This document shows, one piece after another, positions 1 through 9,828 of a stretch of DNA of 41,917 nucleotides. Where the stretch lies: NCBI GenBank assembly GCA_021792595.1, contig JAJYUI010000001.1, positions 1-41,917 on the forward strand, read 5' to 3'. The stretch comes from Thermoplasmata archaeon (GTDB taxonomy: Archaea > Thermoplasmatota > Thermoplasmata > Thermoplasmatales > Thermoplasmataceae). The notes beneath the pieces are model-generated. The model was not told the origin of the DNA, did not search any database, and was given only the letters and a program-made list of their open reading frames with translations. Every line of letters begins with the position of its first letter. Positions within the stretch are counted from its first letter, which is position 1. The position numbers and the translations under genes were made by a program.

Positions 1-81
1 TCCAATAATAAACCTTATCATAATGCCATGATGAGCAAAGAGAACAGATCATTGCATTAATTGGAACTTATTAATATGTAG

Positions 82-96
82 AAAATAAAATATTTA
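82..96 (-). terminator. Oligo-T tract downstream of the last ORF of the nuo transcription unit (putative archaeal intrinsic terminator)
   Basis: The minus strand reads ...AAGATAAATATTTTATTTTCTAC..., giving T4-A-T4 about 60 nt after the stop of ORF 152..403. The surrounding sequence is AT-rich and non-coding. Confidence 0.25.
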
Positions 97-151
97 TCTT
101 CGGAGATACTGTTTGCCCACAAAGAGTTAAAGAGACCCAAGAAATGTATGT

Positions 152-403
152 TCAGTACATTGTAAGGTTGTACTTCGAGTCCATTTCCTGGTAGCTCTCA
201 CGGTTTGAGATCTTGAGAGTCTTGGAGACATTTGCCATCTGGATGCTCACGGAACTATCCCACTTCTCTCTTCCAAGTATAAGGCGTTTCTTCTTATCGG
301 AGAAGAATACGGTCTCGCCGGATTTTTTCAGGCAGTGGACGCACTCCGCTGCGGATTCCTCCGTTCTGACTTCCTTGAAACATTCTTGAAATGAGATCTT
401 CAT
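152..403 (-). CDS. Hypothetical small soluble protein (83 aa), Cys-containing (C8, C21-x2-C24), last cistron of the nuo-linked unit
   Basis: ORF track. The ATG at 403-401 overlaps the TGA of the upstream ORF (ATGA). It is co-oriented with nuoN and has no hydrophobic segments. I recognise no family. Confidence 0.45.
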   Translation of the reverse strand: MKISFQECFKEVRTEESAAECVHCLKKSGETVFFSDKKKRLILGREKWDSSVSIQMANVSKTLKISNRESYQEMDSKYNLTMY

Positions 404-753
404 AGGTCATTGCACCTCTTCTGGTTATACCGGGGATACTCCAGGTTGTACCTGTCGCTGCAGTACTCCAGATAGTATACGATCCTGTCCAGGCATTCCT
501 TATGCCCGGGTACAGTAGTAAATGAACTGTTAATTGATAAACGTTCCGAAAATGTCTTCACTTTTATTTGGCCGGTAATTACATCCCTCAATGCCTGCAT
601 GAATTTTATGCCTTCAGAGTCCTCTTTATGGCCAGCCATTGTCCTCCAGTCTCTCTCGTGCCTTATCTTCCGGTCAAGCCTCATTACGATGCGATCAAAG
701 TCTCCCTGCATGATTGCGGATTCAAATATCCCGAGTTCCACCCTGACGTTCAT
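400..753 (-). CDS. Hypothetical soluble protein (~117 aa), immediately downstream of nuoN
   Basis: The ORF track gives 400..762 from a GTG. An in-frame ATG at 753-751 lies 1 nt after the nuoN TGA (757-755), with AGGTG 6 nt upstream. The protein contains duplicated GHKE and DRIV motifs. I recognise no family. Confidence 0.5.
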   Translation of the reverse strand: MNVRVELGIFESAIMQGDFDRIVMRLDRKIRHERDWRTMAGHKEDSEGIKFMQALRDVITGQIKVKTFSERLSINSSFTTVPGHKECLDRIVYYLEYCSDRYNLEYPRYNQKRCNDL

Positions 754-754
754 T

Positions 755-2194
755 TCAAGCACCTACCAGCGAGGCAGCAAACGGGAGAACAAGATAGAAT
801 AGCGTGAAGTAAACTCCCGTGATCACCGTTATGACTGCCGCAAATACCACGGGAGCGGTCACGGTCCCATCCGTGGAGAAAATCCCTTCCTCGGTCGGTT
901 CCTTCCTGTACATGTATGCGATCACCCTGAGATAATAGAACACTGATATTGCACTGTTCAGTATAGCAATGACTGCGACCCACCAGAGCTTGACCTGTAT
1001 CAGAGCCAGGAAGAGGAATGCCTTTGCGGTAAAGCCACCTGTCAGCGGTATGCCTGCAAGTGCCAGGAGCAATATTGAGAGACTCAGAGCAAGAACCGGC
1101 GATTGCTTGGCCAGACCTGAAATGTCCTCTATCCTTGGGTTCTCCTTCCTTATCGAGTTCATTGAGAGGAAAGCCCCTCCTTTCATGAAGATATAGACCA
1201 GGGAATAGAACATGCCTGCGCCCACGGCTGCATTGATGTAATCCACACTCGCATTACCATACTGCCCATAGGCAACTGCGGAGAACACTAGTATGAGATA
1301 TCCTGCCTGTGCAACACTGGAATATGCCAGGAGGCGTTTCAGCCTCATCTCTGAAAGGGCGGCAAAGTTACCATAAACCATGGTGAAAATTGCAAGTATG
1401 GTGAAGAGAAGGAACACCTGATCGCCCATGGTTGGAAAACCAACCACGAATAATTTCAGCATTATCATGAAGGCAACTATCTTGCTACCGGTAGAGAGAA
1501 GGGCAGAGACAGAATTCTCTGAACCATCGTATGTGTCTATTGCCCACTGGTGCATCGGGAATATCGCTAACTTGAAACCAAAGCCTATTACGAGGAACGC
1601 GAGCGAAATCAACATGGGTACTGCTGACACAGTCGAAACTGCATCGAGATCAAAGGTGGATGTGGCCTGGTAGAAGTAGGAAAGTCCCAGTACAATGAAA
1701 GAAGTGGAAACTGCACCGGTGAAGAAATACTTGGCGGAAGCCTCGAGAGTCCTCTTTGTCTTGTGGAAACCTGCCATTATGTAAGTGCCTATGCTCACTG
1801 CCTCGAAGGCTACGAACATGACCACCAGGTTCATTGAGTATGAGGCAACAATCATTCCAAGGGTGACAAAAAGTAGCAGCGAGTAGAATACGTCCCATCT
1901 CTCCCGTATGTTTTTCAACGCCGGGAAGACAACAAACATGGATGAAATTATCAGGATGGCCGCAAAGTATGAATCAAACGAGTTGTAGACCATGGCCCCG
2001 CCAAGAACTGTTCTTGGCCCCCCGAGATACAGGATACTCGCTATGGAGAGAGCAAGTGCGATAAATGTTATCACTGCATAGGCGGGACCTTTCCTGTGGA
2101 ATAGGCCCACAGCAAGGAGCAGGAAACCGCCAAACCCCACCACGATGAGTGGGAGGAAGAACTTCAACACGTAAAGCCCGGCCGGAAAGATCAT
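755..2194 (-). CDS. nuoN: NADH-quinone oxidoreductase subunit N (antiporter-like)
   Basis: 479-aa polytopic membrane protein of the NuoN/ND2 type. It is the last core gene of the nuo cluster, and its start overlaps the nuoM stop (ATGA). Confidence 0.9.
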   Translation of the reverse strand: MIFPAGLYVLKFFLPLIVVGFGGFLLLAVGLFHRKGPAYAVITFIALALSIASILYLGGPRTVLGGAMVYNSFDSYFAAILIISSMFVVFPALKNIRERWDVFYSLLLFVTLGMIVASYSMNLVVMFVAFEAVSIGTYIMAGFHKTKRTLEASAKYFFTGAVSTSFIVLGLSYFYQATSTFDLDAVSTVSAVPMLISLAFLVIGFGFKLAIFPMHQWAIDTYDGSENSVSALLSTGSKIVAFMIMLKLFVVGFPTMGDQVFLLFTILAIFTMVYGNFAALSEMRLKRLLAYSSVAQAGYLILVFSAVAYGQYGNASVDYINAAVGAGMFYSLVYIFMKGGAFLSMNSIRKENPRIEDISGLAKQSPVLALSLSILLLALAGIPLTGGFTAKAFLFLALIQVKLWWVAVIAILNSAISVFYYLRVIAYMYRKEPTEEGIFSTDGTVTAPVVFAAVITVITGVYFTLFYLVLPFAASLVGA

Positions 2195-3669
2195 GTTATA
2201 CCTCCCACAAATGAGGAAAACATGTTGAAGAAGAATGCGGGGAATACTCCTGCAAACAGCAGGAATGCCAGAAGCAGGCCAAGAACGGCAAATTCACGGC
2301 CATTGAGATCGCGTATCATCCCAAGATTTTCGTTGTATGGACCATAAAGCGTTCTCTGTGCAACCCAAACATGATAAGAAGCAGTCACTATCATTGAAAA
2401 TATCACCACAAAAATCAGGTACGTGATGGCCTGGAAAGTGCCCCCAAGTATGGAGAATTCCCCTATGAATCCGGCGAGGCCAGGCAGCCCAAGCGAGGCA
2501 AGAAGTCCTCCCAGCATTAGGGACGACAAAAGAGGGACTTCCCTGTGTATCCCGCCAAGACCGAGAACCGAGTCCGAACCGGTAGACTTCAGGATGAAGA
2601 ACAGGCAGGCAAAGAGGAAAGCGATTATCAGCGAGTGGGCGAATATCTGGAACATCCCTCCGGAGAAAGCTATGGTCGAGTCCGCAGAACCTGATTCAAG
2701 AATCCCCGCCGCAAACGCCAGTGTCACGAAACCCATTGATGCGGCACTTGCGTATGCCATCATCCTCTTCATTGATACCTGGTACATCGCAGTTAGCGAA
2801 AAGTAGACCAGGGAGATCAGGGACAGGAATATGACTATCCACATCGATCCTGCCGAAAATACACCTGCCATTGGAAGCATTATTCCAAACAGGCCGTAGC
2901 CACCCATCATTGAAAGCCCCCCTGCGACGATCACGGTAACCGGGTATGGGGCAGATTCATAAGTATCAGGAAGCCATGAGTGAATTGGAAAAATTGGAAG
3001 TTTTACGAGGAATCCAATCATGAGGCCCGCCGTTATGAACGTGATCCAGAACAGCGGGATCTGGTTGAGGAATGACTGTGAAGTCAGGCTTGAAATTTCC
3101 ATGGAGAACTTGCCTCCAGTGTAGGCGAAGTAATATGCGTAGAGTGAGAAGATGGAAAGCAGGATGAAAACAGAGCCTATGTGGGTATAAACGAAGAACT
3201 TCAGCGAAACTGACTCTCGTCTGTGTGTTCCATACAGGTTAATCAGGAAGAATACGGGAACGAGCACAACTTCCCAGAATATGTAGAAAAAGATGAAATC
3301 CCTTGATATGAGGACTCCATAAAGCCCAGTCTCTGAAAGCATAACAAGCCCGTAGAACGTCCTGTCATAGGATTCTCTCTGGGCCAGGAATACGGCGAGA
3401 GTGAACACAATGGATGCCGCGAGAACAAGGGGCAGAGTGAGACCGTTGACCCCCACGGAAAACGATATTCCCTGCGTGCTGTTCAGGACCAGGCCATATG
3501 ATCCCACCGTTCCACCGTTGTAGTTCGCGTAGTGTATTCCATAGTAGTACGCTGTGAGAAGCATTATCAGGAAGGAGGAAACAAGGGAATACATGGCTGC
3601 ATGCCTCCCTGTGGCGAACGTGATGATGGAAAGTGCTGCGAGTATTGCAAATATCAATACCAGAAGCAC
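2191..3669 (-). CDS. nuoM: NADH-quinone oxidoreductase subunit M
   Basis: 492-aa membrane protein with the NuoM/ND4 signature region (..FYIFWEVVLVPVFFLI..). It lies between nuoL and nuoN. Confidence 0.9.
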   Translation of the reverse strand: MLLVLIFAILAALSIITFATGRHAAMYSLVSSFLIMLLTAYYYGIHYANYNGGTVGSYGLVLNSTQGISFSVGVNGLTLPLVLAASIVFTLAVFLAQRESYDRTFYGLVMLSETGLYGVLISRDFIFFYIFWEVVLVPVFFLINLYGTHRRESVSLKFFVYTHIGSVFILLSIFSLYAYYFAYTGGKFSMEISSLTSQSFLNQIPLFWITFITAGLMIGFLVKLPIFPIHSWLPDTYESAPYPVTVIVAGGLSMMGGYGLFGIMLPMAGVFSAGSMWIVIFLSLISLVYFSLTAMYQVSMKRMMAYASAASMGFVTLAFAAGILESGSADSTIAFSGGMFQIFAHSLIIAFLFACLFFILKSTGSDSVLGLGGIHREVPLLSSLMLGGLLASLGLPGLAGFIGEFSILGGTFQAITYLIFVVIFSMIVTASYHVWVAQRTLYGPYNENLGMIRDLNGREFAVLGLLLAFLLFAGVFPAFFFNMFSSFVGGIT

Positions 3670-5568
3670 TCAGATCCCCTCCGTGATGTAAATGAAAATG
3701 AAGAACAGGGAAATAGCAACAACAATTAGGAGGAAGTAGTTCTCCACGATTCCTGACTGCAGTTTTCGCAATACAGTTCCCAGGCTCAGGAATCCTCTTC
3801 CAAATCTTTCATTCCCGCTGTTGTAACCGTCCTCAAATCTTCCAACGGCACCGGAAACGGGGAGTATGGTCCCTTCTGCAATAGCATTGGTGAAAAGCCT
3901 GTCCATGTAATACTTGTTTCTCAGCATCCTGTACCCCGGCAACCTCGAAAGATCTCTCTTCTGCCACAGGCCTGTTCCATAGACAGCATAAGTGATCGCA
4001 ATTCCTGCTGCAAGAAGCATCATAGGAAGGTATTCAATGAGAGCCGGTGGGGAAAGTAGGGTTATTCCCGCGCCATTCACATATGAATAGAATGGCGTCT
4101 GGAAATAGCCGAAAATAAGGGAAAGCACTGCCAGTGCACCAATGGGCAGAAGTACATACAGCTTCGGGTCCTTTGCCTCCTCCGCAAGATGTGACCTTGG
4201 CTCTCCGAGAGCAACCATGAAGAACATCCTGAATGTGTAGAGAACAGTCATGAGGGATCCAAGTACAAGGAATATCCAGGGAAGAGCATACATCAGGCCT
4301 GCTCCATTCTGATAATACAACCAGGAAGCCGAGATTATGGTATCCTTCGAGAAATACCCAGACGTGAATGGAAATGCCACCAGTGACAGGCTGCCGATAA
4401 AGAACAGAGAAACTGTCGCAGGCATCTTCTTCCAGAGCCCGCCCATCATTCTCACATCCCTGAGGTCCATGAGTGCAAGGAGAATTGCACCCGCTGCCAT
4501 GAAGAGGAGGGCCTTGAAGAATGCGTGAACCACAAGATGGTAGAGTCCAAGGCTGATTTCACCGCTTCCATAAACGCTGTAGAAGCCAAGGCTTGCCAGC
4601 ATATAACCAAGCTGGCTTATTGTCGAATAGGCCAGGATCCTCTTGATGTCGTTCATCACAACGCCGAGGGTTCCGGCAAACAGCGCGGTGAATGAGCCTA
4701 TTATCGCGATTATGTAGAGCATGTCGGAGCCTGAAGCCACAAAGAGAGGGTATACCCTTGCAACCAGGTAAATTCCGGCGGTAACCATTGTCGCCGCATG
4801 TATGAGTGCGGAAACGGTGGTCGGGCCCTCCATAGCGTCGGGTATCCAAACATGCAGGGGAAACTGGGCCGATTTGCCTATTGCACCGCCAAGAAGCATG
4901 ACTGATACAAAGAATAGCTTGGCAGTTCCCAGTGCCATGGCCACCGAAGTGGCGTTTGTAATGAGGTAGGAGATGGACAGGGGTCCTGCGCTTCCTGTGG
5001 CGAGCGAGGATGAGGTGATTCCTTCATAAAGTACAACAAGCCCTATGAGGAACAGCAGGTCTCCTACCCTTGTCACTATGAATGCCTTCTTAGCGGCCGC
5101 TGCTGCATTGGGCTTGAAGAACCAGAATCCTATAAGCAGATAGGAACACAGCCCCACAAGTTCCCAGAACATGAAGAATTCAAGCAGGTTCGATGAAATT
5201 ACAACGCCGAGCATTCCGGCGGTAAAGAGGGAAGTTTCGGTGAAATACACATGCCTGTTCGGATCTTTCTTCATGTAATACATGGCAAAAAGGTGAATCA
5301 TCAGTGAGACAAATGACACCATTAGAGCCATGACTATGGCAAGATGGTCTATGTAGATCCCATAGGAAATGTTGTAGAACCATGTGTAGTTCTGGCTAAC
5401 CGGAGAATTTACAGAGGAGAAGTAAGTTATTGCACTCACTATGAGAGAAATCGTGATCGCGAGAGAAGCCACCACCCCTGCCAGGTCCCTGTGGCTTCTG
5501 CCTGCGATTAAAGCAATCGGTGCTGCGACAAGTGGCGAAAGAACAATCAACCATTGAAGTAGAAGCAT
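3670..5568 (-). CDS. nuoL: NADH-quinone oxidoreductase subunit L
   Basis: 632-aa membrane protein with the NuoL/ND5 signature (..FWELVGLCSYLLIGFW..) and a long C-terminal extension. Its ATG overlaps the nuoK TAA by 1 nt. Confidence 0.92.
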   Translation of the reverse strand: MLLLQWLIVLSPLVAAPIALIAGRSHRDLAGVVASLAITISLIVSAITYFSSVNSPVSQNYTWFYNISYGIYIDHLAIVMALMVSFVSLMIHLFAMYYMKKDPNRHVYFTETSLFTAGMLGVVISSNLLEFFMFWELVGLCSYLLIGFWFFKPNAAAAAKKAFIVTRVGDLLFLIGLVVLYEGITSSSLATGSAGPLSISYLITNATSVAMALGTAKLFFVSVMLLGGAIGKSAQFPLHVWIPDAMEGPTTVSALIHAATMVTAGIYLVARVYPLFVASGSDMLYIIAIIGSFTALFAGTLGVVMNDIKRILAYSTISQLGYMLASLGFYSVYGSGEISLGLYHLVVHAFFKALLFMAAGAILLALMDLRDVRMMGGLWKKMPATVSLFFIGSLSLVAFPFTSGYFSKDTIISASWLYYQNGAGLMYALPWIFLVLGSLMTVLYTFRMFFMVALGEPRSHLAEEAKDPKLYVLLPIGALAVLSLIFGYFQTPFYSYVNGAGITLLSPPALIEYLPMMLLAAGIAITYAVYGTGLWQKRDLSRLPGYRMLRNKYYMDRLFTNAIAEGTILPVSGAVGRFEDGYNSGNERFGRGFLSLGTVLRKLQSGIVENYFLLIVVAISLFFIFIYITEGI

Positions 5569-5861
5569 TAATCCCTCATCTCGCTTAAAAGTGACACGTT
5601 TACCTTGCCGTATTTCCTGTATATGGCGACCAGTATGCTCATGCCCACCACCGATTCGGCTGCCGCGATTGCAATCACGAGCAACGCAAGCACTATCGGC
5701 TGCATTGAAAGTCCTGCTACCGAAACGAGATTCAGGACTGCTGCATTAATCAGGATCTCGATCGATATGAGCATCTTGATTCCCACCTTTGAGGTCATTA
5801 CTCCGTAAAGGCCTATGGAGAACAGGAGCAGGGAAAGTGTTTCCGGAAGTATCATCAGCAT
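5568..5861 (-). CDS. nuoK: NADH-quinone oxidoreductase subunit K
   Basis: A protein of about 97 aa with three TM helices (..SIEILINAAVLNLV..). The preferred ATG at 5861-5859 lies 1 nt after the nuoJ2 TGA. The track ORF starts 7 codons further upstream, at 5882. Confidence 0.85.
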   Translation of the reverse strand: MLMILPETLSLLLFSIGLYGVMTSKVGIKMLISIEILINAAVLNLVSVAGLSMQPIVLALLVIAIAAAESVVGMSILVAIYRKYGKVNVSLLSEMRD

Positions 5862-5862
5862 T

Positions 5863-6078
5863 TCAGTCCCCTCCAGACACATATAGCATTCCGATTATCC
5901 CTCCAACGAGGATAACCGAGATCAGTTCAAATGGAACCAGATACTGGGTGAATAGCAGGTTGCTTATCTGCCCTATGCTCTGAGAGACCGTGACAAAATT
6001 CCCGGGTATCTTGATTACCTCAAACACGAAAACAAGAAAGAAGAGTGCTGATGCGAGGGCTGATGACTTCTTATTCAA
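5863..6078 (-). CDS. nuoJ: NADH-quinone oxidoreductase subunit J, C-terminal half (split NuoJ, J2)
   Basis: 71 aa carrying the conserved NuoJ C-terminal motif (..LFTQYLVPFELISVILVGGIIG..). It has its own ATG, which overlaps the J1 stop region by 8 nt. Confidence 0.75.
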   Translation of the reverse strand: MNKKSSALASALFFLVFVFEVIKIPGNFVTVSQSIGQISNLLFTQYLVPFELISVILVGGIIGMLYVSGGD

Positions 6079-6319
6079 ATTCCTTCCCCCCGGTAAGCAT
6101 AAGTGTGAACACCATGATAGTAACCACCGCCCCGACGTAAACGAGCAATTCTATACTGCCAAGAAAAGTCGCCCCAAGCATGATGAACAGGGCGCCCATC
6201 GAGAACAGGAACATCATCAGCCAGACTGCGGAATGGACTATGTTGGAATTCGTGACCGCCAGTATTGACGTTCCGACAAGAAGAGCCGAAAATACGAGAA
6301 AGAGTATTGTAAGTATCAC
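6071..6319 (-). CDS. nuoJ: NADH-quinone oxidoreductase subunit J, N-terminal half (split NuoJ, J1)
   Basis: 82 aa with three TM helices typical of the NuoJ N-terminus (..VHSAVWLMMFLFSMGALFIMLGATFLG..ELLVYVGAV..). It lies between nuoI and J2. Confidence 0.75.
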   Translation of the reverse strand: MILTILFLVFSALLVGTSILAVTNSNIVHSAVWLMMFLFSMGALFIMLGATFLGSIELLVYVGAVVTIMVFTLMLTGGKEFE

Positions 6320-6750
6320 TTCTTCACCTCATCCTCGTTCATCGCAAGCTCTTCGGGCGAATAGGTGAAACTGTTCCTCGTCCTTGAGGTCTCGAAGACA
6401 TGTGTCAGGTAAATTGCATCCGTTGGACAGATCTCCTCGCAGTTCCTGCATACAGTGCATGTTCCGAAGTTCACGTCCGGATAGATTTTCCTCTTGTTTC
6501 TCGGGTTTTCCCTCTCGACACTCTGCATGTGGATACTCCCGTTAGGGCATACCTGCTCGCACAGCGTGCAACCAACGCATTCGTCCAGATTGAGGAAAAT
6601 CCTGAACCTGAACCTCTTCGGGAGTTCCTGCCGGACTTCCGGATACTGTACTGTGACTGGCTTCCTGAAGAGGTGCTTTCCCACAATAAGCATCCCCTTA
6701 AGCGAGCCGATGATCGGAATAGGTCTCCTGGGTTCTTTCACTTCTATCAT
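6316..6750 (-). CDS. nuoI: NADH-quinone oxidoreductase subunit I (2x[4Fe-4S] ferredoxin-type)
   Basis: Two CxxCxxCxxxCP motifs are present (CVGCTLCEQVCP and CTVCRNCEEICP). It lies between nuoH and nuoJ. Confidence 0.92.
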   Translation of the reverse strand: MIEVKEPRRPIPIIGSLKGMLIVGKHLFRKPVTVQYPEVRQELPKRFRFRIFLNLDECVGCTLCEQVCPNGSIHMQSVERENPRNKRKIYPDVNFGTCTVCRNCEEICPTDAIYLTHVFETSRTRNSFTYSPEELAMNEDEVKK

Positions 6751-6753
6751 TCA

Positions 6754-7794
6754 TTACCACCCCGTCATCAGGGTCAGTGCCCCTGATATGACCAGATTTA
6801 TCATTGCCAAGGGGAGGAGATACTTCCACCCGAAATTAACAAACTTGTCTATCCTTATCCTTGGCATTGAGAGCCATACGGTGAAGGATATGATTACAAG
6901 GATCAGGGCTTTTATTCCAAGCCAGACTGCTCCAAGATCACCTGAAAATGGCCCGTTGAATCCCCCAAGGTAGAACAGCGATACAACGAACGATCCAAGC
7001 AGTATTGATCCAAACAGCCCGGCGTAGAACATGCCGAACCTCATCCCTGAGTATTCCGTTGAGAAACCTGTGATGAGTTCACTGTCGCTTTCGCCCATAT
7101 CGAACGGGGAATAGGATGCCCTGGCTATCATTGCAACCAAGAACACGGATATGCCAATCGGTTGCAGTATGCCGTAAGGGAGAACTTCCGTGACAACGAT
7201 CGAATCAATGCTCAGGGGAGCTGAAGTCCGGGCAGATGCCATCATTATGATCGCAAGCACGGAGATCATCATGGGAATTTCGAAAGAGATGTCCTTCGCC
7301 ACAGCCCTGAGGGCTCCCAGGAGTGCGTACTTGTTCCTGGAACTGATGCCAGCAAGGACCTCCCCTATCGGCATTATGGAAAGTATGGCAAAGAGAAGTA
7401 TCACAGACACCCCGGTGTCAGAGACAGTCAGGCTGCCAAAGTAAAAGAAACTCCCGTATGGGATCACCGCGAAAGCGAGCATGAGGCCGATAATCACCAT
7501 CACCGGGGCTATCCTGTATGGAAGATCGTCACGGTTCTTGGGAAAAAGCGACTCCTTCTGCACCAGCTTGAATACATCGGCAATAAGCTGAAGAAGGCCG
7601 AATTTTCCAACCCTGTTCGGCCCGATCCTGAGCTGTACGCGTGCCATGTATTTCCTGAACAGATAGATCATGAATACAAGACTCAGCGAGGCGGCAAGCA
7701 AAAGGAAGATCGATTCAAAGAGATATGCAGCGGCATTGGATAGCGGATAACCCAGGAATGAGAAGAAGCCAAGCAGCGTTGAGTAAAGGCTCAT
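6754..7794 (-). CDS. nuoH: NADH-quinone oxidoreductase subunit H
   Basis: 346-aa membrane protein with the NuoH/ND1 signature (..RIGPNRVGKFGLLQLIADVFKL..). Confidence 0.92.
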   Translation of the reverse strand: MSLYSTLLGFFSFLGYPLSNAAAYLFESIFLLLAASLSLVFMIYLFRKYMARVQLRIGPNRVGKFGLLQLIADVFKLVQKESLFPKNRDDLPYRIAPVMVIIGLMLAFAVIPYGSFFYFGSLTVSDTGVSVILLFAILSIMPIGEVLAGISSRNKYALLGALRAVAKDISFEIPMMISVLAIIMMASARTSAPLSIDSIVVTEVLPYGILQPIGISVFLVAMIARASYSPFDMGESDSELITGFSTEYSGMRFGMFYAGLFGSILLGSFVVSLFYLGGFNGPFSGDLGAVWLGIKALILVIISFTVWLSMPRIRIDKFVNFGWKYLLPLAMINLVISGALTLMTGW

Positions 7795-8894
7795 CTGTCA
7801 ACCTCTCCGAATACAAGGTCGACTGAGCCAAGGATTGCAACCATGTCGGCAATCATCTGATCCTTTGCCAGTTCCTGGACTACTGACAGGTTCTTGAAAG
7901 TGGGGCTCCTCACATGGACCCTGTAAGGCTTCACGCCCCCATCTGCAACGATGTAAACTCCAAATTCCCCCTTTGATGACTCTGTCCTGGCATAGTATTC
8001 CCCATCCCCCCTCAGGCGGATCATCATGGATTTCTTTGCCTTGGGGTTGAAAAAAGGGCCATCCGGGATCTTCCTGATGGCCTGCTTCAGTATGTGCACA
8101 GACTGCCTCATCTCCTCAAATCTTACCAGGAACCTGGCAAGATTATCCCCCTTATATGATACGGGAACCTCAAAGTTCAGCTTGTCGTATACAAGGTACG
8201 GCTCGGCCTTCCTCACGTCGTAATTCACGCCGGAAGCCCTCAGCATCGGCCCGGTTACGCCATAATCAATGGCAACTTCCCTGCTCATGACACCGATGCC
8301 CTTGTTTCTTGAAATGAATACGTCATTTCCGACGAATATCTTGTAGATTTCTTCCAGCCTCTTTGGAAACGACTCCAGGAACGCCTCTATGTGATCGACA
8401 ATCCCGGGCGTAATGTCCTGGTAGACACCGCCTATGCTCATGTAATTCGTTTCCTGCCTTGAACCGCATATTTCCGTGAAAACCTCCAGCACCTTATCTC
8501 TTTCAGCAAAGCAGTAGAAGAAAGGTGTGAGCATTCCAAGGTCAAGGCCGAATGCTCCCGCCCACACAAGGTGAGAGGCGATCCTCGACAGTTCGTTCAT
8601 TATGACCCTTATCCAGAGCACTCTTTCTGGAGGGACTATATTGAGAATCTTCTCGGCAGCCTCCAGGTAGCCGCTCTCCATAAGCATGGATGCAACGTAA
8701 TCCATTCTGTCGAAGTAGACCAGGTTGTCGGCATAAAATGTCATTTCGCAGAGTTTCTCGGCATTTCTGTGAAGGTATCCTATGACAGGCTCAATCTCCT
8801 TTACGATCTCGCCGTCCAGTTTTGCCTTCAGCCTTAGAACCCCGTGTGTTGAAGGATGCTGCGGACCAAAGTTGATTTCAATGAAATCCTGCAT
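7791..8894 (-). CDS. nuoD: NADH-quinone oxidoreductase subunit D (49-kDa subunit)
   Basis: The N-terminus ..NFGPQHPSTHGVLRL.. and the C-terminus ..VDLVFGEVDR are canonical for NuoD. Confidence 0.95.
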   Translation of the reverse strand: MQDFIEINFGPQHPSTHGVLRLKAKLDGEIVKEIEPVIGYLHRNAEKLCEMTFYADNLVYFDRMDYVASMLMESGYLEAAEKILNIVPPERVLWIRVIMNELSRIASHLVWAGAFGLDLGMLTPFFYCFAERDKVLEVFTEICGSRQETNYMSIGGVYQDITPGIVDHIEAFLESFPKRLEEIYKIFVGNDVFISRNKGIGVMSREVAIDYGVTGPMLRASGVNYDVRKAEPYLVYDKLNFEVPVSYKGDNLARFLVRFEEMRQSVHILKQAIRKIPDGPFFNPKAKKSMMIRLRGDGEYYARTESSKGEFGVYIVADGGVKPYRVHVRSPTFKNLSVVQELAKDQMIADMVAILGSVDLVFGEVDR

Positions 8895-9358
8895 TACCAG
8901 CCATCCCCTTCATCAAAAGTTGCATAGTCCTCTCCGTCGCTATCCATGTTGATGTATTGTACATTGCCAAGGTCGTAGTCCTTCCTGAGGGGGTGGCCAA
9001 CCCAGCTTTCTGGTAGAAAAATCCTCTTGAGGTTCTCATGACCCTCGAATTTTATCCCCATCAGATCGTACTGTTCCCTCTCCTCCCACTTGGCGCTGCT
9101 CCACAATGAGGTCACGCTCGGCACGACTCCGTTGTTGGTGGTGGTCTTTACGACAACATACTCGTTCCTTTCAACGGCGTGAAGGTGATATACGACCTCG
9201 ATGAAGTCCTTCCTGTCCACGCCCGTAATAAGAGACAGGTGGTCATACCCCTTCTCCTTCATGCCCTTCATGAATTCCAGGAGCTTGTCCCTGTCAACAT
9301 TGAAGATGGTTCTTCCGTCCTTTCCCCTGTTTGGCTGGCCTGAATCGTCTGCTGTCAC
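8894..9358 (-). CDS. nuoC: NADH-quinone oxidoreductase subunit C (30-kDa subunit)
   Basis: Contains ..[34 protein letters not shown].., typical of NuoC. Confidence 0.9.
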   Translation of the reverse strand: MTADDSGQPNRGKDGRTIFNVDRDKLLEFMKGMKEKGYDHLSLITGVDRKDFIEVVYHLHAVERNEYVVVKTTTNNGVVPSVTSLWSSAKWEEREQYDLMGIKFEGHENLKRIFLPESWVGHPLRKDYDLGNVQYINMDSDGEDYATFDEGDGW

Positions 9359-9828
9359 CTGTCTGTCTCCCCCCTTATCTTCTTCTGGAGAGTCATTATC
9401 CCGTAGGTGAGCGCTTCAGGGGTTGGTGGACAGCCCGGAACGTAAACGTCCACCGGGACAACGCGGTCCACGCCAAGCACTACAGAATACCCATGCACAT
9501 AGGGACCTCCCTGGATCACGCATACCCCCATTGCAATTACGTATTTGGGAAAGGGCATCTCGTCATACAGTCTTTTGAGCCTTGGAGCCATCTTCTTTGT
9601 CACGGTTCCGGCCACGATCATGAGATCAGACTGCCTCGGAGAATTCCTGAATATCTCGCTTCCGAATCTTGATATGTCAAGCTGCGAAGCCTGGGTGCCC
9701 ATCATCTCGATTGCACAGCATGCAAGGCCCATGGTGAGCGGCCAGATAGAATTACTTCTGCCCCACGTAAGCGCCTTTTCCAGTGTCGTCACAAGCGCGC
9801 CTGGTTCTCCTGACTTCATTTGAGCCAC
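9355..9828 (-). CDS. nuoB: NADH-quinone oxidoreductase subunit B (N2 cluster subunit)
   Basis: Contains ..LACCAIEMM.., ..[11 protein letters not shown].. and ..[11 protein letters not shown].., the conserved Cys ligands of NuoB. Confidence 0.95.
   Translation of the reverse strand: MAQMKSGEPGALVTTLEKALTWGRSNSIWPLTMGLACCAIEMMGTQASQLDISRFGSEIFRNSPRQSDLMIVAGTVTKKMAPRLKRLYDEMPFPKYVIAMGVCVIQGGPYVHGYSVVLGVDRVVPVDVYVPGCPPTPEALTYGIMTLQKKIRGETDR

Noticed and set aside
195-206. 12-mer TCTCACGGTTTG shared with 18317-18328
   Set aside because: Many 12-mer coincidences are expected in a 42-kb window counting both strands. The flanks do not extend the match.
5862-5882. Upstream ATG for nuoK, overlapping nuoJ2 by 20 nt
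   Set aside because: The ATG at 5861 gives a normal-length NuoK and the same TGA-N-ATG junction seen at nuoN/orf. The extra residues MCLEGTE are not NuoK-like.
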